The notes beneath the pieces are model-generated. The model was not told where the DNA came from and searched no databases. It saw only the letters and a program-made list of their open reading frames with translations. Source: Octopus vulgaris (lineage: Eukaryota). Taken from it: DNA of 64,000 nucleotides. Location: NCBI GenBank assembly GCA_951406725.2, contig OX597817.1, forward strand, positions 77,562,001-77,626,000, given 5' to 3'. This document shows positions 29,352-43,055 of this stretch, piece by piece. How positions within the stretch are numbered: position 1 is the stretch's first letter; the number at the start of each line of letters is the position of its first letter. Made by a program: the position numbers and the translations under genes.

Positions 29352-29879
29352 CGTATAAGCAAACAGATATATAAACAGAGAGACACATAGCAAGATAGTC
29401 AGAATAAATGAACGACGAATTAAATCGGTGGAAAGAAGAAAGAAAATGAGACCAAAGAAATTGTTTGAAGGATGAAGTAAATATTGACTGTTTGTCTGTC
29501 CTGCGACAAGAAAAATCTTGTTGAAAACTTTCGTGGGAAGTAAAAACTTGACTCGTGAAGTGGCTGTGTTGGAAAGGATGAAGTTTTTTGTTTTAAGAAT
29601 ACAACGAAATGCGTTGTATCGATTCTTGGAATTGTTGTTTAGTTGACAGCAAATAGAGCAACAGAAGACAGAAAATTGAAATACATGATGTGACGAAACG
29701 AAAGAGGAAAAGCGAAAGAGGGTGATTTATATAGGATTTAAGAAGAATGCTGTTTTGTTTTAGTTTTTTTGTTTTTGATATTAGCGGACAAAGAGTAGAG
29801 ATTTAATTGCATTTTAAAAAATTCTTAATAAGAAATACAAATATTTCTGTGTATAGCTGTCTGTGTTTCAGATAAATAA

Positions 29880-29949
<70 letters not shown>

Positions 29950-30218
29950 GGATAGATGGATGGATGGATGGATGGATGGATGGATGGATGGATGGATGGA
30001 TGGATGGATTTAGTTACACGTATGTACGTTATATTTCTATGTACGTCAGTATCTGCGTGTGTACATTCATTGCGTAAGCATACTTTTGAGGTGAAGAATT
30101 TCGCTTCGCAACCACGTGTGTGTGTGTATATATATATGTGTGCGTGTGTGTGTGAATATATTTGAAGAGTGGCATATACACATATATGTATGTATGTATG
30201 TATGAGTGCGTGTGTATG

Positions 30219-30273
<55 letters not shown>

Positions 30274-30352
30274 ATATGTATATATTCTTTTATGTGCTTC
30301 ACCCCTAAGGCTGTAGCTATGCTGGAACTCCATATATAGATAAATATGTAGG

Positions 30353-30403
<51 letters not shown>

Positions 30404-30639
30404 GCACGTATAAGTTTTACGTCATGTTAACTATAATCAGTGGAACGTCATGCGATGAAAATCAAACTTACTCATTTCCCACGTAAAAATATATAAAATT
30501 ACAATTTGTTTTCGTTTGTTTTCATATAAGATTAAAATGAGGAAACAACTTTTGAAATTATAAATACTGGTGAAGAATAAGTAGGAGTCTTTGATATTTG
30601 ACTATGCGTTCCTTGATGATGTGCGTGTATCTGTGCTTG

Positions 30640-30985
30640 GGTGTGGGAAAAAAAGTTTGTTGTTTCCTAACCACATGGTTCTAGTTTCAGGCCCACTGCG
30701 CGACACCTATTTTTCTAGTAGAGTCTTTATGAGTGGAAACTAAAAGAATCTCGTCGTAAATATATCTATTTATTTATTGTGTGTGTGTGTATGTTTACAT
30801 CTTTGTTCTCCACCACGGCTTGACAACCATTGTTGGGGGTGTTTACATCCCGTTATTTAGCGGTTCGGCAAAAGATATCGATAGAATAAGTACCAGAATT
30901 TTCCAAAAAATGTTCTGGGGATCGATTCATTCGACTAAAAATGTTTGAAGGCAAGTGCCACAGCATGGTCGCAAAGCAAGTAAAA
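30640..30985 (+). mobile_element. Family A SINE, diverged
   Basis: aaccacatggtt...ttagcggttcggcaaaaga...cagcatggtcgca. Confidence 0.75.
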
Positions 30986-31696
30986 AGTGTGTATCGGTGT
31001 GTGTGTGTATGTGTCTGTATGTATGTATATATGCATACGTATGTATGTATGTATGTATGTATGTATGTATGTATGTATGTATGTATGTATGTATGTATGT
31101 ATGTATGTATGTATGTACGTACGTATGTATGTATGTATGTATGTATGTATGCATGCATACATATCTATGCATGTATATATATGTATGTATATATATATAT
31201 ATATGTATGTATGTATGTATATATATATATACACATATATATACATATGTATGTATGTATATATATATATACATATACATGTATGTATTATGTATGTATG
31301 TATGTATGTATATGTATGTGTGCAATGTGTGTGTATATATATATATTACATACATATATACATACATGTATCTAAATCTATATCTATCTATCTATCTGTT
31401 TATACACACACATACATACACGCGGATTTGTTTTTATTGAACAAAAAGATTACCAAGTACTTTTTCGTAGAAGTACTAGACTACATATTTATTAGTGACG
31501 GCTAGGAAGCCGAAACTCCGAAGTCTCTATCAAACTTATCCTTGTAAAACTTAAAGTACTTGTATTTGTGTGCATGCGTGCGCGCGTGAACGGTAAGATT
31601 TCAGATAGATAATAATTTTAACTTGATAGAAGTGATTTAAAGTTTTTCAGCTCTATTTATTCCCTAAAAGAGAACGTATTCCAAGTGTATTACGAT

Positions 31697-31935
31697 AATA
31701 CCTATTTCTTTATTACCCCCAAGGGGCTAAACACAGAGGGGACAAACAAGGACAGACATTGGTATTAAGTCGATTACATCGACCCCAGTGCGTAACTGGT
31801 ACTTAATTTATCGACCCCGAAAGGATGAAAGGCAAAGTCTCGACCTCGGCGGAATTTGAACTCACAACGTAACGGCAGACGAAATACCGCTAAGCATTTT
31901 GCCCGGCGTGCTAACGTTTTTGCCAGCTCGCCGCC
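31697..31935 (-). mobile_element. Meta-domain tRNA SINE (family B), full length
   Basis: Head ggcggcgagctggca..acgttag, B-box gagttcaaattcc, central gcctttcatcctttcggggtcgataaattaagtaccag (MetaSINE-like), tail ttagcccc..aataaagaaatag. Confidence 0.9.
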
Positions 31936-32274
31936 TCTAGGTATATTCTCTAGGATTCTGTTATTGTCTACAGACCTTGCTGATTACTTCAGGAGGTGTT
32001 GAAACTCCGATTTGTTTGGGAGCGTGCTCGGGTCTGAAAATACACTTTCTGGTGCCCATTACAAGTTAGCACTATTATGACACGCACGCACCCCCGCCTC
32101 CAACAAACAGGCATTCGTACATAAATATATATATACATACATACATACATACATACATACATACATACATACATACATACATACATACATACATACATAC
32201 ATACATACATACATTCATACATACGTGTATGTATGTATATTAATGTTTGTTTTTATGTTTAGATGTAATAAAAA

Positions 32275-32386
32275 CAAATTAATCTAATGGGATACTCTGT
32301 ACTTTTGTAGCGTACAAATTTATTATTCATATACAAGAATGTTGTTGAAATTTCGAAGTCACTGCGTCAACAACACTCTTGTATAA
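32275..32386. mobile_element. Fold-back repeat copy 2 (centre deleted)
   Basis: Homologous to 2768-2944; residual arms tatacaagaatgttgttga / tcaacaacactcttgtata. Confidence 0.6.
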
Positions 32387-32398
32387 CCCTCCTCTCTC

Positions 32399-32437
<39 letters not shown>

Positions 32438-32584
32438 AAAGGTGGTGCCCCAGCATGGCCGCAGTCTAATGACTGAAACAAGTTAAAAGCAAAAGATACT
32501 CTATATGTAACAGCATAATCGTAGTGAAGTTTCTAAAACAACTAAGAATACATATGGAGGGAGAGAGAAGAAGAGAGAGATGGG

Positions 32585-32680
<96 letters not shown>

Positions 32681-33159
32681 TAGATGGACACGTGTGAGCA
32701 CATGGATGCAAGGCAAGGTGGCGAAAATTCTACCTGTATACCAAGAGTTGTGTAGAACATGGTGTTTTAATGAAGCTGAGAAACTTCACCAAATTTTACT
32801 TAGTGTTTCACGAAAGCGATAATCAGAGAGATAGACAGACAAACAGATAGAGAGATGTGAATGTGTTATGTAACACGCACATTATATAAGAACGTGAGGA
32901 GAAAGCTAGTTATTGAAATGAATGTAATGTGTGTGTACATGTGTAAGGATACACAATTGCTCGCCTAAGTACATAACATAGGTGCATACGTATATGCGTA
33001 TATATATATATATATACGCTTTTGTGTATGCATATATAGATATATAAATGGTATGTATTATAAGTGTGTGCGTATGTTGTGTGTTTATATATGTGTTTAA
33101 ATGGATATGCACGTTATATAAATTATATGTGCGTATGCATGTGTATGTATGTATGTATG

Positions 33160-33193
<34 letters not shown>

Positions 33194-33253
33194 TCTGTAT
33201 CAATATAGCCATGTGTTTAACCACAAGTCCTATTTGCGGTGATGCTATATATA

Positions 33254-33319
<66 letters not shown>

Positions 33320-33422
33320 TTTAAATTACTATCAATCTTTGACGATGTGTTTATGTATTACATGATATACACACATACATTTTTGTATGTATTGGATGTA
33401 TGTCACCGTGTATCCATGTACG

Positions 33423-33481
<59 letters not shown>

Positions 33482-33484
<3 letters not shown>

Positions 33485-33635
33485 GTGACTTTGAAATTTC
33501 GGCGAGCCAACCCATCATCGGACAATGATGGCTTAGCTGGCCGAAACTTCGAAGTCATTGTCAACAGCATAGTTGTATAAGTATAATGAATTTGTACTTT
33601 GCAAAAGTATAGAATAACCCACCAGATTAATGCAA
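33482..33635. mobile_element. Fold-back repeat copy 3 with the best-preserved hammerhead halves
   Basis: Hairpin 33482-33561; plus arm atgatggcttagctggccgaaacttcgaagtc; minus arm ccgatgatgggttggctcgccgaaatttcaaagtc. Confidence 0.65.
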
Positions 33636-34345
33636 AATTTCTTTTTATTATAACTGAACATAAAAAAAACAAACAGTAATATATAGATAGATACAATGTA
33701 CTGATCACATGTAGAGTAATATTTAAAATCTTTTATGTTATGGTGTTGTTGTTGTTTATTGTGACGGCGAAGTTTCTACGAGGCAATTTAAAACACAACT
33801 CACAAAACGAACGAGGATACTTATAAAGTAGTTGCTAGAAATAACAGTCGAATCTCCCTCGAATCGCGTATTTTGGTAGCTGTTTTTCTTGAATTATCGC
33901 TCTGGTTTAAAACACGATGGAATGGTCGTGACTGGAACGCTTTTGGACAGAGATAAACACTATCACGACTGAACTGGGGTTAATCAACAGCTTAGAAAAA
34001 TTTTTTCAGCTCTAACGTGTTAATTAATATACATACCATCTAGCAAAAACAGCCTAAAACTCCATCAGATCATACACTGCGTGAGAAGACACACGGCATG
34101 ATGTAATCTAGATGTGCAACTAAGTGAGAACGGGTGACCACATATAGAATCCCTTTGATCATTAGCGAACTTAATCAGCGTTGCACACTGGCTAAGACGA
34201 TAGCCAATCTTAAAGAAAACTTCGAAGTTTCGAAAGAGCAACTGAAACATTTATAATAAACAACAGACACACACGCGCTCGCGCAAGCACACTTAGCGAA
34301 TGAAGAGGGAGAGAGAGGAAAATATATATAATGTGAAAATTAGTG

Positions 34346-34376
<31 letters not shown>

Positions 34377-34379
<3 letters not shown>

Positions 34380-34507
34380 GGTGTCCCAAAAAAATGTATA
34401 CACATAGTGGTTCGGCAAAAGAGAACGATAGAATAAGTACTAGGCTTGCAAAGAATAACAAATTTACAATTATTTAAGGTGTGTATACATTCTTTTGGGA
34501 CACCCTA
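34377..34507. mobile_element. Tc1/mariner-type MITE containing a family A SINE fragment
   Basis: ~28-bp TIRs cagggtgtcccaaaaaaatgtatacaca / tgtgtatacattcttttgggacacccta with TA flanks; interior matches family A (ggttcggcaaaagag..gatagaataagtactaggctt). Confidence 0.8.
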
Positions 34508-35130
34508 TATATGTGTGTGTGTGTATATATATAGTGTGGTGTGTTCATATGTCTACGTATGTGTTTTGTTTTGTGTCAATCTCGCCAAGGAATAATTACG
34601 GAAAGGAGTTAAAGTACTCAATATATGAATGTGCGCGCGTGTATGTATGTATGTATGTATGTATGTATGTATGTATGTATGTATGTATGTATGTGTGTGT
34701 ATGTGTGTGAATATAAGTATGTCTATATGATGCGTGTCAGGTTTTGAGTTTAATAAACAAGAGGGTAAAAAAAAGAATAAATAAAAAATAGAATAGACAA
34801 AAGCGCTCAGTACCAAAAGTAGAATGCAATTAATTATTTTGATGAAGAGCTTAAATTACCCATCTGTTATTATCACTTAGTTTCGAAGCGTTGAGTAGAA
34901 AACAGAAAGTAATCTCCGTACTTCAATGAGTAAATAAATTCACACAAATATATGAATATATAATTCTATAACTACGCTTGTGGCTTGTGTATATCTGTAT
35001 ACTTAATTGCATATGTAACAAAATATATAAAAACACCTACATATATATATATATATAACATATATATATATATATATATTGATATATATACATTGGAAGA
35101 AATTATACATAGACTCCCTCACAGGTGTGC

Positions 35131-35170
<40 letters not shown>

Positions 35171-35182
35171 GTACGCACACAG

Positions 35183-35224
<42 letters not shown>

Positions 35225-35529
35225 GAGAAAAAGGTAGAAAAAAAAAACGAAGCTAGAAAGAGATATAAATAACCAAATAAACAAATAAATATATAGAAAG
35301 CGACATTTATATATATATACACACACATATATATATATATATATACACATACATATATATGCACACACATTTATATATATACATCTATATATATATATAT
35401 ATATATATATAACACTCACCGTTTTTAAAAGTTTAAGCTGTAATAGAGGAAGCGTTAAGTCCAAGTGGTGAGCTACGGCAAACCGACCTTAGTGATAGAG
35501 TTAGGTTTAACTGATTATAGTTTGGAGAG

Positions 35530-35575
<46 letters not shown>

Positions 35576-35799
35576 GGAACGATAGAGTGAGAGTAAGTAG
35601 GAGAAAGAAAGAGTGTATTAGGAAATAGAAGGAAAGAGTATATGGGTTTAGCGAAGGAAGGAGGAATAGTGGCAGAAAATGGATGAGCGAGCGAGCGAGA
35701 GAGAGAGAGAGAGAAAGAAAGAGAGAGAGAGAGAGAGAGAAAAAGAGAGAGTGGGATTTATTTTTTTTCTTCTTTCTTATTTCTCTTTTCCTCTTGCTT

Positions 35800-38436
35800 T
35801 ATCGGCTGCTGTTGATGGTTATTGTTGTGGTTGTTGCTTATGGTGGCGATGGCGTTGTAGGTTGTGCTGATGCTGATGCTGATGGTGGTGGCGATAATGT
35901 AACGATGGAGTTAATGCTGATGCTGATACTGATGCAGATGGGGACGGGGAATAGACAGTAAACGATAGCGGTGGTGGTGGTGGTGGAGATGCAGCTGCTT
36001 AACGTGATGGTAGTGGCGGTAGTGGTGGTGTTGAAGACGTTGTTGTCTACCGTGATGGTGGTGCTGGTGACGATGATGGTACTTTGACGTGTTAGAGGTG
36101 GCGGCAGCAGCGGTTGTGATAATGGTGATAGTGGTATTGAAGACGTATTGCCTATGACGGTGGTGGTGGTGGTGGTGGTGATGTTGCTTGAAATGAAGGT
36201 GGCGGCGATGATGCTTACGGTGGTGGTGGTGGTGTCGGTGTCGGTGTCGGTATGGAAGACGTTGTCTGCAATGGAAGTGATGAAGGGGACGGTGGGAATG
36301 CCGTTAATGATGGAGCTGATGGCGATGGAGTGGCGGGTAGATAGACAGCAATGATAGCGGCCGCGGTGGTGGTGGTGGTGGTGGTGGTGGTTATGTGATG
36401 AAGTAATGGTGGCGGTGGAGGAGGTTGTTTCAGTGATGGTGGAGATGATGGGAACTGCGACAGTAACTAACAAATGGTATGGGTGCTTGCAATGGTTAGA
36501 CGATTGCGCTAGGTTAGGTTAGGCTAGGTTAGGTTAGTGTAGTGGTTGTAGTTAGCAAACAATACTATTGTTCCTGCAGGGGTAGCAGTGATAATGTTGA
36601 TGATGATGATGTTAATGACGATAATGATGATGACGATGATGATGACGATGATGATGATGATGGAGATGGTGGTGATGGTGATATTTATGAAGATGATGAT
36701 GATGATGATGATGGAGGTAGGGTGGTAATAGTAGTAAGACTAGAAATGGTAGTAGTAGTAGTAGTAGTGGTGGTTGTGGTGTTGATAGTGACGGTATGTT
36801 GGTTAGTGTTGGAGATGGTGGTGGTGGTGGTGGTGGTGGTGGTGGTTGTAATGGCGTTACGTTCTGGCAGAGGTGATGCAGGTGACGTCGACGACGACGA
36901 TGATGATGATGATGATGTGTACGATGATGGCTGATGGCAATGAGGCAGTTATGGTGGTAGTGGAGGTGGTGATAGCAAGAACAACAGTGGCAGCAGAAAT
37001 GAAGGCTGGTTGTACTGCTGTTGTTGTTGTTGTTGCTGTTCTTGTTATTGTCAGTGGTGGTGGTGGTGGTGGTGGTGACTGTGAAGTTGGTGTTATTGCT
37101 TGCTGGTGTTGGCGCTGGTATGTTAGTGAAGCAATAGTGATGGTGGTAGCACTTACACCGCTACGGATGGTGGCGGTAGTGTTGGTGATAGTGTGTATGG
37201 CAAATACAGCAACAGCAGCAAGGGCAACGGTGAAGACTTGTATTAAACGTGTTAGCAGTGATGGCGACGGCGCTGGTTGTCGTAGTGGTGGCGGTGGTGG
37301 TGGTGGTGGTGGTGGTGGCAGTATCGGTATGTTGATCTCAGTTTCGGGTTCTTATATGACAGTAACGGTGTGATGGTGATGGTAATGGTAGTGGTATTGG
37401 GGAAAGGACAGAAAGAAGAAGAAGAAGAAGAAGAAGAAGAAGAAGAAGAAGAGAGAAAGAGAGAGAGAGGGCGCGAAAGAAGGAGAGAATTCGATTGCGC
37501 TTGTGTTGATGGTGGTGGTGGTGAAGAAAAGAGAGAGAGAGAGAGAGAGAGAAGGGGAGAGAGAAAAGGAGACAGTAAGAAAACTTGACTGCACTTGTGT
37601 TGATTGGTGGTGGTGGTGGTGGTGGCGGTGGTGGTGGTATGTTTGCTGTTGGAAAGCTGTATGATGATCGTGGCGGTGGTGATGGCGGGGGTGAGAAGAA
37701 GACGAAGAAGAAGAAGAGAGTGGGAGGAGGAAAAGGAAAAAGAAAATACTGACTGCACTTATTACAGTTGCGGTGACAGTTGCCTTGTAGCGGCTGCGGT
37801 GCTGATAGTGGTGGTGGTGGTGGTGGTGGTGGTAGAAGTGGTAATGATGATGATGAATGTGATGATGATGACTATGATGGTGGTGATGGTGACAGTGGTG
37901 GACAGCGTCGCAAGTGGATGGGTGGGGATGGTCGTGGAGGTGGTGGTGGTGGTTTAATTCAGGGCTTGATTCTTACAAGGGAGCGCAAGCAGCAAAGACG
38001 ACGACGACGACGACGATGATGATGATGATGATGATGATAATGGTGATGGTCGAGGTGGTGGTGGTGGTGGTTAGGCAGATAGTTGGTCTGTGATGATGCT
38101 AGTGGCGTCGGTTGGCGATTGAAAGTGATGGTAATGATGGCGGTGGTTGTGATCCTGGAAGTTGTTGAACCGGGGCCAGGGTGGCGCGACAATGGTGCAG
38201 ATGAAAATGCTGGAGATGGTGGTGGTGGTTGCGGTGGTAGTGGTGATGGCGGCGGCGGTGGTGGTGATGATGACAAGTGGGGGAAAGCGGTGATCATGAT
38301 GAGGCGGGTTAATGTTCTCGAAGTCGGGCCAGTGTTGGTTGCAACGAACGATGTTTGTTTTTGCTTGTATTGTTTCGTTATTACAGTTCTTCTCGTTGTT
38401 TTTGTCGTTACTATTGTTGTTCCTACATTTCGTTTC

Positions 38437-38490
<54 letters not shown>

Positions 38491-38517
38491 GGTGGTGGTG
38501 GTGGTGGCGGCGGCGGT
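35800..38517. repeat. 2.7-kb mosaic of (GGT)n/(GAT)n/(GTA)n/(GTT)n trinucleotide low-complexity DNA
   Basis: Direct reading; strongly G/T-biased plus strand. Confidence 0.9.
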
Positions 38518-38679
38518 TTAAATTCCTAATGTGTTCTTAATAATGTTACGGTATAGAAAAGATGAACACGTGCCATACATATAATCCTCCAATCCCGGGA
38601 TCTGTTGCGATCTGTTGACTCCGAGTAGGGGTTTCAACCCCCTAATGGGGGACCTTGTTTTGGGTTTTGTATTTTTTGT

Positions 38680-38879
38680 TTTTATCTCTTATTGGACCGC
38701 GGTCATGCTGGGGCACAGCCTTGAAGGGTTTTTAGTCGGAGAAATCGAGTTCCAGTGCTTAACAGTTTTTAAAGCCCGTGACTTATTATTTCGGTCTCTT
38801 TTACGCTAAACTGCTAAGTTACGGGGATGTAAACATACCCACACCGGTTGTGGATGACAATCACAGACACAAACATTAC

Positions 38880-38931
<52 letters not shown>

Positions 38932-39135
38932 CCTTTTATTTATTTCAGTCATTTAACTGCGGCCATGCTGGAGCAACACCTTGAAGGGATTTTAGTTGAA
39001 GAAATCTTTGTAGGCGTAGCACTTATTCCATTGGTCTTATTGCCAAACCGCCAAGGTGCCTTGCAGTGGGACTGAATCCAGAGCCATGTGGTTGGGAAGC
39101 AAGTTTTTTTATTATCATACACCCACAACGGCGCT

Positions 39136-39219
<84 letters not shown>

Positions 39220-39600
39220 TATATATATGTGTGTGTGTCTATGTATATATATATATGTATATGTATATATATAGATATGTTTATATATATATGTATATGT
39301 ATTATATATATATATATATATGAATAAATATAATCACCATCCTCATTTTGACATCCACTTTCCATTGTATGGATTAGAGGGAATGGTACAACCCCTGCCA
39401 GCATAGAAAACAAACGTTATATGATGATGATGATGATTATAGTGATGGTGGTGATATATATATATAGATATTCCTGTAAGCCTAGTACTTATTCTATCAG
39501 TTCCTTTTGCCAAATCACTAAGTTACGGAGACGTAATCAGACAAACATCGGTTGTCAAATGATGGTGGCGGGGACAAACACAGACATAAAGACACACACG
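38680..39600 (-). mobile_element. Cluster of three family A SINE fragments
   Basis: Family A motifs at 38680-38875, 38935-39135 and 39475-39600. Confidence 0.7.
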
Positions 39601-39624
39601 CATCTCTCTATCTCTCTCTGTCCT

Positions 39625-39655
<31 letters not shown>

Positions 39656-39665
39656 TTGTCTCTGT

Positions 39666-39742
<77 letters not shown>

Positions 39743-39745
<3 letters not shown>

Positions 39746-40167
39746 AGATAGGGGTTGAAAATTCAACCCACCATGGGATAACATATATCCAATATACTGC
39801 TAGATAGGTACCCAACAAGACTAATACATAGATGTTAAAAATTGCCAAACAATCAGTTCATCTATTGTATTATATGGGTAAAGGTAATAATATTACCGTA
39901 AATTAATACTACAAAATTAGAAAATGGAGAAACATACTTTAAATCAATAAAACATCAACTATCAGATGATACCCAAACATTACTTTATTACACCATTACA
40001 TATCAGTAAAGGCATTATACAAAATATACAGTAAATGTAAATAGACAAAGAGATATAAGTATAAAATTTCAAATATAATATGTAATTAAATCACATCTGA
40101 CAGCTGTTTCGGCAGCGAGGGCAGTCATACCTCATTTAACCTATAGTTTCTCCATTTTCTAATTCTA

Positions 40168-40168
<1 letters not shown>
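39743..40168 (-). mobile_element. AT-rich Penelope-like pseudo-LTR fragment with the 3' half of a hammerhead
   Basis: Flanked by (TA)n; minus strand gcc-gaa-acagctgt-c (palindromic stem III, GUC site); 19-bp inverted repeat aattagaaaatggagaaac at ~39915 and ~40146. Confidence 0.45.
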
Positions 40169-40214
<46 letters not shown>

Positions 40215-40224
<10 letters not shown>

Positions 40225-40607
40225 TGAGGTTGTGTGGTGTCTGTCTCCTACGATTTAGATTCCTAACTACTCACACATTTTGCGGTGCAGTTTAACCAAA
40301 ACCGGGTATCTTATAGTCGTGATTCATATCGAGCCCTTCTGAGTATTAGCGCGCGTCTACGATGAGTCTACGATTAAAAAAAAAATTTACCATCATTTTT
40401 TTCCATTTTAATGCATTTTTCGCTATTATATAAGGGAAGTAACTCTTTAAAAATGTCTACGATGAGTCAACGATTTAAAAAAAAAATTACCATAATTTTT
40501 TTTCCATTTTTAATGCATTTTTTTGCTATTTTTTGGCTATAACTCTCTAAAAATGCTTATATAGTTATTTCCCTTACAAACCTGAGCAACACCGGGCGAT
40601 ACTGCTA

Positions 40608-40608
<1 letters not shown>
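40215..40608 (+). mobile_element. Non-autonomous Helitron
   Basis: 3' hairpin cctgagcaacaccggg plus ctgCTAG|T; body near-identical to 49867-50259; internal duplication. Confidence 0.8.
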
Positions 40609-40647
<39 letters not shown>

Positions 40648-40649
<2 letters not shown>

Positions 40650-41871
40650 GACGGGATGTTTTCAGTTTCCGTCTACAAGATCACCTCACAAGGCTTTGGA
40701 CGTCCCGAGGCTATAGCAGAAGACACTTCCCTAAGTTGCTACGCTGTAGGACTGAACCCGAAACTATGTAGTTGGGAAGCAAGCTTCTTACCACATAGCC
40801 ACGCCTGAGCTTTTTTTTGAAAGTTTTCTTTTTGATTTTGCTGCTGCTGCTGCTGCTGGTGGAAATTGCTATTAATTTATTCTTTACTCGTGTTCACGTA
40901 AATTCACAAAGTGCTTTGTCTTTGTATTGTCATAAATAATTTTGCAGCTCTTGTGGCCGACAAAGATAGAATTATTTTACCATTTACAACATTATTGTTG
41001 TTGTTGCTGTTGTTGCTGCTGCTGTAACTAATCCTATTGCAAATTTTTCTTTTATTTTTTTTACGCGTTTCGTTCATTAGACTGCGGCCATGCTGGAGCA
41101 CCACCTTGAAGGTGTTTTTGTTTTTTTTTTTTGTTTTTTAGTCGAACGAATTGACTTCAGAACTTCTTATTTTTTTTTCTCAGCCTGATACCTTTTTAAT
41201 CGGACACTTTAGTCGAACCGCTCCATTACGTCTACCAAATCCACTCACAAGGCTTTGGTCGGCCCGAGGCTATAGTAGAAGACACTTGCCCAAGGTGCCA
41301 CGCAGTGGGACTGAACCCGGAACCATGTGGTTGGTAAACAAGCTACTTACCACACAGCCACTCCTGCGCCTAAGTTTGAGAATTTTTTATTCACTCCTGG
41401 AAGAATGCACTAATTATTTCAGCCTGGCTGTGTTTGTAGACAATTGAAAAGAATAATCTTAATAAAAAAAAAAACCCCAAAAAACCAAAAGTGATAACAT
41501 TGTAGTTGCAGGTGGGCGCCCTTGTAGTTGCGGCTGGGCCCCCTTAGTCTCCTGGCAACCAATATGTTTAGACCTAGTCCGCCACTGTATATATATATAT
41601 ATCGTACTGACTTTCATGGGAAACATGTATTTTTGTGGTTGAAACCTTTTGGATTTACTAGTGCTAGAGTGAGCCACATAGTGACCACTCTCTTATATTT
41701 ATATATATGACAGACTTTTTTCAGTCTCACTCTACCAAACCTACTCACATGTCTTTGGTCGGCTCGATGCGAGAGTAGAAGAAACTTGTCCAAGGTACCA
41801 GGCAGTGGGACTGAACCTGGAACCATGTAGTTAGGAAGCAAGCATCTTTCCACACAGCCACGCCTGTGCCT
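40648..41871 (-). mobile_element. Three family A SINE pieces (40648-40808, 41060-41371, 41710-41871)
   Basis: Repeated 5' halves ccactcacaaggc...gggactgaacc...cacacagccac. Confidence 0.8.
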
Positions 41872-42001
41872 ACGTATTTATTTGTTTATTAATTTGTTCT
41901 TGCAGTTGTTGCGATTTTTGTTTTTTTTTTTGTTTTCAGAAACAAGAAAAAGTGAAAGAATAGAGAGAGAGATAGAGAGAGAGAGAGAATGATGGACGAG
42001 G

Positions 42002-42047
<46 letters not shown>

Positions 42048-42237
42048 TGTGTGTGTGTGTGTGTGTGCGCCCCTCCCCTCCCGCTCGTGTGTGTAGATGT
42101 ACGCGTAATGAACGAAAAAAGTGGACGAGATGACGTGAATGAAAGTATTTATTTGAAAGACTGAGAAAGAGGGTGTGTGCGTGTGAGAGAGTGAACGAGA
42201 GAATGAGTGTCAAGAGAGAGAGAGATAAAGATAGAGG

Positions 42238-42304
<67 letters not shown>

Positions 42305-42437
42305 TGAAGAGAAAGCGGTGAAGAAAGAGTGGACAAAATAATGCGCAAGAAAATGAAATAAAAGCTCAGAGAAAAGGTGAGAGAGAAATAGGGAGAGAAT
42401 GAGCGACGAGGGATGTGTGTAAATGTGTGTGTGGAGA

Positions 42438-42484
<47 letters not shown>

Positions 42485-42681
42485 GAAGGAAGAAAGAAAG
42501 AAAGGAAGGAAGAAAGAAAGAAAGAGAGAAAAAAGAAGAAAGGAAGGAAGAAAGAAAGAAAGATGTGGAAGAAGACAGCGTAGAAGACGAGTGAACGAGA
42601 CGAAGTGAATGACAAAGTATGAAATAAAGACACAAAGAGAGGGAGATGGTGAAAAAGAGGGATAGGGAGTGAAAGAGTGAA

Positions 42682-42740
<59 letters not shown>

Positions 42741-42934
42741 AGAAAAATAATTGAGTGCGGGGGTTATGTGAAAGAAATTTTATAAGTCAAACGAGCAAGC
42801 AACAAAAAAAAAAAAAGAAAGTGGAAGGTAATTGAGAGTGGGACGAATAAAATGATAAAATTTGTAATAATAATAATAATAATAATAATAATAGTAATAA
42901 TAATAATATTGATATGAGATCACTATGTCGCGCA

Positions 42935-43055
42935 CATATGGTTGTGATGCATGTGCCTGGTGTACCCTTATCAGACAGGTAGTCATGATGGGTATGCTGA
43001 GCTTCGTATATTTTACCCCAGTGTCACTTTGATGGCATGCACTGCTCTCTCACTC

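Noticed and set aside
36510-36537. (TTAGG)n telomere-like run
   Set aside because: Only about five imperfect units inside low-complexity DNA.
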